A stretch of 64,000 nucleotides of DNA, taken from assembly GCA_963666275.2 (NCBI GenBank), contig CAXXOA010000002.1:1248001-1312000 (forward strand), written 5' to 3'. Positions 57,834 through 64,000 of the stretch are shown here, piece by piece (within the stretch, counting starts at the first letter, position 1; the number at the start of each line of letters is the position of its first letter). This DNA comes from Oceanispirochaeta sp. GTDB lineage: Bacteria > Spirochaetota > Spirochaetia > DSM-2461. Made by a program: the position numbers and the translations under genes. The notes beneath the pieces were generated by a model. That model did no database searches. It worked only from the letters and a program-made list of their open reading frames with translations, and was not told where the DNA came from.

Positions 57834-58853
57834 ATGCGTAATCTTAAAAGGATGGTAGGGGTTCTTCTGATGATGCTGTGTGCTGCAGCCGTTTTCGGAG
57901 AAGGACAGAAAGACGGCGGGCAGGCCGCCCCGAAGACAGATGACATTGTTGTCGGCTTCAGCTGCGCCGGGATGGGAAATTCCTGGAGGATGTTCATGAA
58001 AGCCAATTTCGATGCGGAAGTGGCAAAACACCCCGAAATTTCAAAAGTCTATTTTACCAATGCCGATGAAAAGCCGGAGAAACAGGCTGCCGATATAAGC
58101 GATCTGCTGGCCAAGGGGGTGGATCTTCTGATCATACAGCCTTCCATCGGCGCTGCCATAGTTCCGGCAGTGGAGGAAGCCTACAATACGGGAATTCCCG
58201 TTATTGTATTTGACGGAACAGTTCCCACAGACAATATTACCGCCTATGTAGGACAGGATATGAAGAAACTGGGAGCCCATTATGCGGAAGCCCTGATCGA
58301 TATGATGGGCGAAGAAGGCAAGATTGTTCTTATGAGCGGAATTGCCGGTCAGATGTCTGTGGAATTGAGGCTTGAAGGGGCCAAAGAAGTTTTTGCCAGA
58401 TATCCCGGGATTGAAATTCTGGGAACCCAGTATACAGGCTGGTCCATTCCAAAGGCCAAGGAGATTATGCAGGGCTTCCTTCAGGCCTATCCCGAGATCG
58501 ACGGTATCTGGGCCGATTCAGGGCTGATGTCCTTTCCGGCTCTTGAAACCATGAAGGAAGCGGGTCGGCCTCTGGTTCCCACCACGGGAGACCATCTTAA
58601 CGGTTATGCGAAATTCCTGGTGGCCAACGATGTTCCGGGATATATCGAGCCTTATTCAACAAGGCAGGGTGCCTGGGCCCTTGTGGAAGGACTCAAGGCG
58701 GTTAAGGGAGAGACTATCCCGTCTAGGATTCTCAAGGATCCCGATACCTATGATTTCGAGAAGATCAAACAGTTCGTGGATATGGAAAAGTCCGACTGGT
58801 GGTGGCTGGGTGATGATCAGATTCCGGCCGAGTTTCTGCCTGAAATTGACTAA
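57834..58853 (+). CDS. Monosaccharide ABC transporter substrate-binding protein (RbsB-type)
   Basis: Signal peptide; NSWR, GVDLLII, GIPVIVFD. Confidence 0.93.
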   Translation: MRNLKRMVGVLLMMLCAAAVFGEGQKDGGQAAPKTDDIVVGFSCAGMGNSWRMFMKANFDAEVAKHPEISKVYFTNADEKPEKQAADISDLLAKGVDLLIIQPSIGAAIVPAVEEAYNTGIPVIVFDGTVPTDNITAYVGQDMKKLGAHYAEALIDMMGEEGKIVLMSGIAGQMSVELRLEGAKEVFARYPGIEILGTQYTGWSIPKAKEIMQGFLQAYPEIDGIWADSGLMSFPALETMKEAGRPLVPTTGDHLNGYAKFLVANDVPGYIEPYSTRQGAWALVEGLKAVKGETIPSRILKDPDTYDFEKIKQFVDMEKSDWWWLGDDQIPAEFLPEID

Positions 58854-58862
58854 ATAAAATAT

Positions 58863-58890
58863 AGCCGGCCGCTTTGATACGGCCGGTTTA
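58863..58890 (+). terminator. Stem-loop after the binding-protein gene (mRNA stabiliser or partial terminator)
   Basis: AGCCGGCCG-N8-CGGCCGGTT. Confidence 0.55.
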
Positions 58891-58907
58891 GACAAATGGA
58901 GATTGTT

Positions 58908-60440
58908 ATGTCCGAAATACAGCCCCTATTGGAGTTCAGGAATATTTCAAAGTCTTTTCCGGGTGTCAAAGCTCTCAATAATGTGAATATGAATTTCAGA
59001 AAAGGGGAGGTGCATGCGCTCGTGGGAGAGAACGGAGCGGGCAAATCTACGCTGATGAAGATCCTTTCCGGAGTGTATCAGCCAAGCAGTGGGCAGATTG
59101 TCTACAACGGGGAGGACGTCCAGATCAGAAATCCCCATGAAGCCCAATTGATGGGGATATCCATCATATTCCAGGAATTCAGCCTGATCAGTCATCTGGA
59201 TGTGGTTTCCAATGTATTCCTGAACAGGGAACCGGTTGGATTCGGCGGATTCAAAGATAAAAATCTGGCTAAGCGGAAGACTCTTGAACTTTTTGAGCGG
59301 ATGGGAGTCGAAGTGGATACCGGTAAATTGATTTCGGAACTGAGCGTGGTGGAGCAGCAGCTCGTGGAGATTGCCAAAGCCCTTTCGGTCACTTCCCGGG
59401 TGCTTATCATGGACGAGCCTTCCGCGCCTCTGACAGACAAGGAACTTACCAAACTTTTTGCTATCATCCGCTCCCTCAGAAAAGAAGGAGTTACGGTTAT
59501 TTACATTTCCCATATGCTTGAGGAGGTGTTTGAAATAGCCGACAAAGTCACTGTGCTGAAAGACGGAGAAGTCACCCACACCGATGACGTCGCTAATATG
59601 ACCAAAGACCTTCTGGTTCAAAAGATGGTAGGCAGGGAGATCGGCGATATTTATCCTGATCCGGGTACCCCTTTGGACAGGGCTCTTCTGGAAGTGGAAA
59701 ATCTCAGCTGTGGAAAAAAGATTCAGGACGTCAGTTTTACCCTGAGAAAGGGGGAGATCCTCGGGCTGGCCGGAATGGTCGGTTCCGGAAGGTCAGAAGT
59801 CATCAAGGCTCTGATGGGACTGTTGAAAAAAGAGGACGGCAGAATTTCAGTTAACGGGAAAGATGTTTTCAACAATACTGTCCGGGAAGCCATTGCCAAC
59901 GGTTTCTACTATATACCATCCGATAGAAAGAAAGAGGGCATCATCGCCCCGATGAATATAAAAGAGAATACGACCATTGCCAATCTGGATGCCTATCTTA
60001 AAAGAGGGCTCATTAACAGGAAAACAGAAAATTCCGCGGCGTCTCAGGAAAACAGCAGGCTCAAGACAAAAACGTCATCCATGAGTGAGCTTATAAGAAA
60101 TCTCAGCGGCGGGAATCAGCAGAAAGTCCTTCTCGCAAGAGCTCTGCTGACCAACCCGGAAATTTTCTGCATTGTCGAGCCCACCAGAGGAATCGATGTG
60201 GGAGCCAAGCACGAGATATATAAAATCCTCAGAGACCTCTGTGAAGAGGGGAACTCAGTCATAATGGTTTCCTCCGAGCTCCCGGAGGTGATCGGCATGG
60301 CCGACAGGATCCTTGTTATGAAACAGGGCCGGGTTGCCGGAATTATTGATCAGTCCGGGGGGAAGGCTACAGAGGAGCAGGTCCTCTCTCTCGCCGTGGG
60401 CCATGAATACCGCCTGCATAAGAAGGAGGGAGCAAAATGA
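58908..60440 (+). CDS. Monosaccharide ABC transporter ATPase (RbsA-type, two ABC domains)
   Basis: GENGAGKST, MDEPS, LSGGNQQK, EPTRGIDVGAK, SSELPE. Confidence 0.96.
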   Translation: MSEIQPLLEFRNISKSFPGVKALNNVNMNFRKGEVHALVGENGAGKSTLMKILSGVYQPSSGQIVYNGEDVQIRNPHEAQLMGISIIFQEFSLISHLDVVSNVFLNREPVGFGGFKDKNLAKRKTLELFERMGVEVDTGKLISELSVVEQQLVEIAKALSVTSRVLIMDEPSAPLTDKELTKLFAIIRSLRKEGVTVIYISHMLEEVFEIADKVTVLKDGEVTHTDDVANMTKDLLVQKMVGREIGDIYPDPGTPLDRALLEVENLSCGKKIQDVSFTLRKGEILGLAGMVGSGRSEVIKALMGLLKKEDGRISVNGKDVFNNTVREAIANGFYYIPSDRKKEGIIAPMNIKENTTIANLDAYLKRGLINRKTENSAASQENSRLKTKTSSMSELIRNLSGGNQQKVLLARALLTNPEIFCIVEPTRGIDVGAKHEIYKILRDLCEEGNSVIMVSSELPEVIGMADRILVMKQGRVAGIIDQSGGKATEEQVLSLAVGHEYRLHKKEGAK

Positions 60441-61408
60441 GTCTGAATGTTATGAATCTCAAGAAAAATCTGAACCCGAAAGAACTGGTTAAGCCGGGCA
60501 AATTCGTCTGGCTCCTGTTTGCCCTTCTCTTTCTGGCCAGTGCCGTCTCCTCGCCCATTTTTCTGACCTACAGAAATTTGAGGAATGTGTTTCTGGTACA
60601 GCCCATCGGTCTGGGAATTGCAACCCTGTCCCAATCGGTCGTTATGATATCAGGAAACATCGATATGTCTATCGGTGCAGCGGTTTCGCTTATGACCACA
60701 ATGGCGGCGGGATTGTTCCGGGATATCCCGGGGATCAGTCCGGTTTTTGTCTGTCTGGTTGTCATTCTGACTGGGATCGTCATCGGAGGCTTTAACGGCT
60801 TTCTGGTTGTCAGGCTGAGGATTCCCGCGTTTATGGCCACCCTGGCCACAATGTCCCTGCTGCAGGGAGCTATTTTCTTCTACACCAAGCGGCCTATTGG
60901 AGGAATTCCCAAATCCTTCCGTTTCCTGGCTTCCTACAGGCTGGGAGGAATTCCCGTCAGCATCTTCTACTTTATTCTGATTTTTCTGCTGGTTCTTCTT
61001 GTTGTCAGGAAACACCGCTTCGGAAACCATCTCTATGCTGTAGGTTCGGATTCCTTTATCGCCGGCATCTCGGGAATCAATGTAAACAGGGTAAAAATCA
61101 TGGCCTATCTTCTGGGAGGCGCCCTTGTTGCCCTGGCATCCCTTTTCCTGTCTTCCAGAATGGGAGGGGGAGGACCTACCACCGGTGACGGCTACGAACT
61201 GGATACCATAACGTCCGCTGTTATCGGAGGAGTCTCTCTCGCCGGAGGCGAAGGCAGGCTCCTGGGGGCTGTCGGCGGAGTTTTGATTCTTACAATTTTT
61301 TCCAATTTTATGAACCTTCTCGATATTAATCCCTATATCCAGATGTTCCTGAAAGGTCTGATCCTGATTCTGGCTGTTTCTTTTTATGCCAGGAAGGAAT
61401 CGGAATAA
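60437..61408 (+). CDS. Monosaccharide ABC transporter permease
   Basis: GNIDMSIG, PAFMATLA, YELDTITSAVIGGVSLAGG. Confidence 0.94.
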   Translation: MSLNVMNLKKNLNPKELVKPGKFVWLLFALLFLASAVSSPIFLTYRNLRNVFLVQPIGLGIATLSQSVVMISGNIDMSIGAAVSLMTTMAAGLFRDIPGISPVFVCLVVILTGIVIGGFNGFLVVRLRIPAFMATLATMSLLQGAIFFYTKRPIGGIPKSFRFLASYRLGGIPVSIFYFILIFLLVLLVVRKHRFGNHLYAVGSDSFIAGISGINVNRVKIMAYLLGGALVALASLFLSSRMGGGGPTTGDGYELDTITSAVIGGVSLAGGEGRLLGAVGGVLILTIFSNFMNLLDINPYIQMFLKGLILILAVSFYARKESE

Positions 61409-61428
61409 ACAATGCAATGGAGTTTGAT

Positions 61429-62751
61429 ATGAAAGCACGATTAGTTCCCGTTTACTTCAAGTCTGAAAGGTCAGACCGCTTCAATGTTCAGTTGAACCGT
61501 CTGAAAGATCTTCTGTCGGATATGGCGGAGATTCTTGAAGAGCAGGCTCTGGGGGAGGATCTGCCTGATTGCGAGGCAGTCCTTTTTCCCGAAATCCTGG
61601 GAGAGGCCTACCGGTCTGCTGATGCCTTCCGGGGACTTGATAAGCCTCTCCTCATTATTACTTCCGAGTTTGCCACTGTTTCCATGTGGGACTGGGAAAT
61701 CGGAAATTTCCTCAGAGGTAAGGGAGTGGATCCCATTATGCCCTATAGCCTGGAGGATGTCCGGACCATCTGCAGAGTTCTTTCTACAAAGAGAAAAATG
61801 GCGCAATCGAAATTTCTGATCTTCCAGGATAATCCCGGAGAAGGGTTTCAACCGGAAATTTTCAAATCTTTCTACTGGTGGGAAGATGAGTGTACGAAGA
61901 CAATACGGGACAGATTCGGAACGGGTATTGAGAGAAGAAGCCTGAAAGCTCTTGGAGAAAAAGCAGGCCGGGTTCCTGATGCGGAAGCTGAAAAAGTATG
62001 GAACAGCTGGAACTATCCCAAGGAGGAAGGATTTGAAAAAATCCGGGGGATCAATGCGGCAAAGTTCTATATTGCCATGCAGGGAGAACTGGACAGTGAT
62101 GATATCATAGGGGTTGGGTCGAACTGTCTCAATGAATCCCGTTATTGCAGGACCACTCCGTGCCTTACCTGGGACAGGCTGCTGGAAGAAAAGGGCCTGC
62201 TATGGGCCTGTGAAGGCGATACGGCAACCTTAACAACCAAATATCTTCTTTATGAGTCTATCGGAGCGCCTCTTTTCATGACCAATATCTATCCATTCCT
62301 TATGGGAAATGCGGCTCTGAAACATGAGAAGATTCCTTCTTTTCCTGAAATAGTGGATGACCCGCAAAATCATATCCTCCTGGGGCACTGCGGCTATTTC
62401 GGGCTGCTTCCCAGAAAATTCAGCAGCAGCTGGACTTTGAGAAAGAAACAGCTCGCCATTGTTGATGAAAATTCCCATATGTTTGATGCCCGGATGAACA
62501 CCGGTGATGTGACTGTCGTTAAACTTGATGCGGCCATGAAGAAGATAATGTGTGTACAAGGGCAGCTGAAAGGTTATGTTCAATATGGAGAGGAATCTGA
62601 CGTCAGAAACGGGGGAATCCTGAGAGTTCCTGATGGAAGGAATCTTATGGATAATGTGTATTCCCATCATGTCATTGTGATGGAAGGGGATCATTCCTAT
62701 GAAATAAAAACAATCGCTAAGATTATGAATCTTGAGTTGGAAGTGCTATAA
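61429..62751 (+). CDS. L-fucose/L-arabinose isomerase-like protein
   Basis: C-terminal motifs TPCL, ACEGD, GHCG and SHH resemble FucI/AraA-family metal ligands. Confidence 0.6.
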   Translation: MKARLVPVYFKSERSDRFNVQLNRLKDLLSDMAEILEEQALGEDLPDCEAVLFPEILGEAYRSADAFRGLDKPLLIITSEFATVSMWDWEIGNFLRGKGVDPIMPYSLEDVRTICRVLSTKRKMAQSKFLIFQDNPGEGFQPEIFKSFYWWEDECTKTIRDRFGTGIERRSLKALGEKAGRVPDAEAEKVWNSWNYPKEEGFEKIRGINAAKFYIAMQGELDSDDIIGVGSNCLNESRYCRTTPCLTWDRLLEEKGLLWACEGDTATLTTKYLLYESIGAPLFMTNIYPFLMGNAALKHEKIPSFPEIVDDPQNHILLGHCGYFGLLPRKFSSSWTLRKKQLAIVDENSHMFDARMNTGDVTVVKLDAAMKKIMCVQGQLKGYVQYGEESDVRNGGILRVPDGRNLMDNVYSHHVIVMEGDHSYEIKTIAKIMNLELEVL

Positions 62752-62774
62752 AGCAGATCCATTGAGCGGGTTTC

Positions 62775-62797
62775 AGGGGCCGGAGGCCCCTTCTTTT
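62775..62797 (+). terminator. Intrinsic terminator at the end of the sugar operon
   Basis: AGGGGCC-gga-GGCCCCT followed by TCTTTT. Confidence 0.6.
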
Positions 62798-63560
62798 ACT
62801 GAAAAAGCCCTTTATGCCTGTATTCCAGGGGGCTCAGACCTGCTTCCTTTTTAAACACTCTGCTGAAATAGTTCTGATCCGTGTAGCCGATAAAGCTGGA
62901 TATCTCTTTCACTTCCATATCCGCATACTGCAGGAGAAGACGTTTGGCAAGATTTATTCTCTGATCCTGGATGTATCGTGTTGGTGTCATGCCGTAGATC
63001 TCTTTAAATGTACGGGATAAATAGGTCGGGTTAATATGGAAATTCTCTGCAATTTCCTGAATCATGAGATTTTCTCTGAATCTTTTTCTTATATATTCCG
63101 CCGTTTCTACCGCCAGATCCCTTCTCGCCCTGTCTTCAAAGTGTTCAATTTTCTGATCAATCAGTTTTTCCCGGTTTTTAATAATCTGATGCAGTTTGAT
63201 GAGAGTGCCTTCAAGCTGGGCCATGTCGATCGGTTTCAGAAGATAGTCGGTGACTCCGGACTGTATGCTCTTCTGCATGTAATCAAAATCACTATATCCC
63301 GATATAACGACTATAAGGATTTCCGGATAGTGGCTGTTCAGGTAGGTCATCAGCTCCATTCCGTTCAATCCCGGCATCCGTATATCTGTAAAGACAACCT
63401 CAGGCTGTTTCTCCTTCACCAGTTCCAGTACCCGGCTTCCTCCGGATGCTTCTCCCATAAGGATAAAATTTTCATCAAGAGCGGAAATCTTTTTTATGAG
63501 ATTTTCCCGGATGGGAGGTTCATCTTCTGCAAGAATGTAGTGAATCCTGTTATTTTCCAT
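62796..63560 (-). CDS. Response regulator with AraC-type output (YesN-like)
   Basis: AEDE, TDIRMPG, SGY, YLLKP, C-terminal GYTDQNYFSRVFKK; ATG 63560 with GGAGG SD. Confidence 0.93.
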   Translation of the reverse strand: MENNRIHYILAEDEPPIRENLIKKISALDENFILMGEASGGSRVLELVKEKQPEVVFTDIRMPGLNGMELMTYLNSHYPEILIVVISGYSDFDYMQKSIQSGVTDYLLKPIDMAQLEGTLIKLHQIIKNREKLIDQKIEHFEDRARRDLAVETAEYIRKRFRENLMIQEIAENFHINPTYLSRTFKEIYGMTPTRYIQDQRINLAKRLLLQYADMEVKEISSFIGYTDQNYFSRVFKKEAGLSPLEYRHKGLFQ

Positions 63561-64000
63561 TTCTTGTTCCTCCGAGGATAACCTGGGAACCTCCTTCCGG
63601 CAGATTGCGGGCTTCAAAACGGTATTGACTGCCATAATACAGGAAATAGCGGGCACAGATATTTATCAGTCCCATTCCGCTTATCTGGTTGGAAAGCTGC
63701 TTTCGGGGATTCTGAACACCCTCCCGTATCCTGAGAAGCAGATGCTCCAGTTCGTCTTCTGAAAATCCAGGGCCATTATCTCTTGCTTTTATACACCAGT
63801 TTTCAGAATCCAGCTCCATGGATAAGGTAATCCTGCAGGGGGGATTCTCGGGCATCCCGTATTTGATTGAATTTTCAAGAAGAGGAATAATGGAGTGCTT
63901 TGGAATTTTCAGATTCTCAAGATTTTCAGGCAGGACGAATGTGAATTCCACGGCTTCGCCGAATCTATAGGAGATACACTCCATATAATGCCTTGCCATC
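63550..64000 (-). CDS. Sensor histidine kinase (YesM/LytS-like), C-terminal part; 5' end lies outside the window
   Basis: PLLENSIKYG, DNGPG, GMGLINI; overlaps the response regulator start. Confidence 0.9.
   Translation of the reverse strand, partial: MARHYMECISYRFGEAVEFTFVLPENLENLKIPKHSIIPLLENSIKYGMPENPPCRITLSMELDSENWCIKARDNGPGFSEDELEHLLLRIREGVQNPRKQLSNQISGMGLINICARYFLYYGSQYRFEARNLPEGGSQVILGGTRNGK

Noticed and set aside
1..64000. CRISPR arrays, tRNA/rRNA, IS elements, integrases, prophage or defence genes
   Set aside because: No regularly spaced direct repeats, cloverleaf signatures, transposase/integrase motifs or nuclease motifs were seen. The intergenic gaps are short and mostly explained by promoters and terminators.

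Overview
A 64-kb, gene-dense bacterial window of roughly 50% GC (estimated by eye). It probably comes from a free-living Spirochaetia, inferred from 'FxGGxxE/FGEGQKD'-type binding-protein signal peptides and a FlgD-Ig/OmpA lipoprotein. I saw no rRNA, tRNA, CRISPR array, transposase or phage genes. Contents from left to right: (1) an arsenic locus (CoA-disulfide-reductase-like gene, acr3, divergent arsR); (2) a Cache-domain chemoreceptor; (3) a MerR regulator plus a flavinylated extracytoplasmic flavin reductase behind a textbook 19-bp-spacer MerR promoter; (4) decayed oxidoreductase fragments around a flavodoxin; (5) a glycerophosphodiesterase/TRAP/DeoR/mevalonate-kinase-like/DeoR/Ldh2/malic enzyme/glpK cluster, three of whose promoter regions carry helically phased GATC boxes; (6) a sulfate ABC operon with a frameshifted cysA; (7) an LPP20/WD40/ankyrin envelope trio; (8) a second flavinylated reductase plus a PucR regulator; (9) marC, a divergent glgC, an OmpA/FlgD-Ig protein, a MalT-like regulator with a small partner gene, and a GT4 glycosyltransferase; (10) an 18-kb uncharacterised sugar/polyol catabolic island with its own DeoR and LacI operators; (11) a YesM/YesN-type two-component pair cut by the window edge. 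The best candidates for undescribed biology are the phosphodiester/glycerol/malate regulon with an orphan mevalonate-kinase-like enzyme, the dehydratase-less sugar pathway, and the two orphan-substrate flavinylated reductases. All functional calls come from motif recognition by eye; no searches were run.
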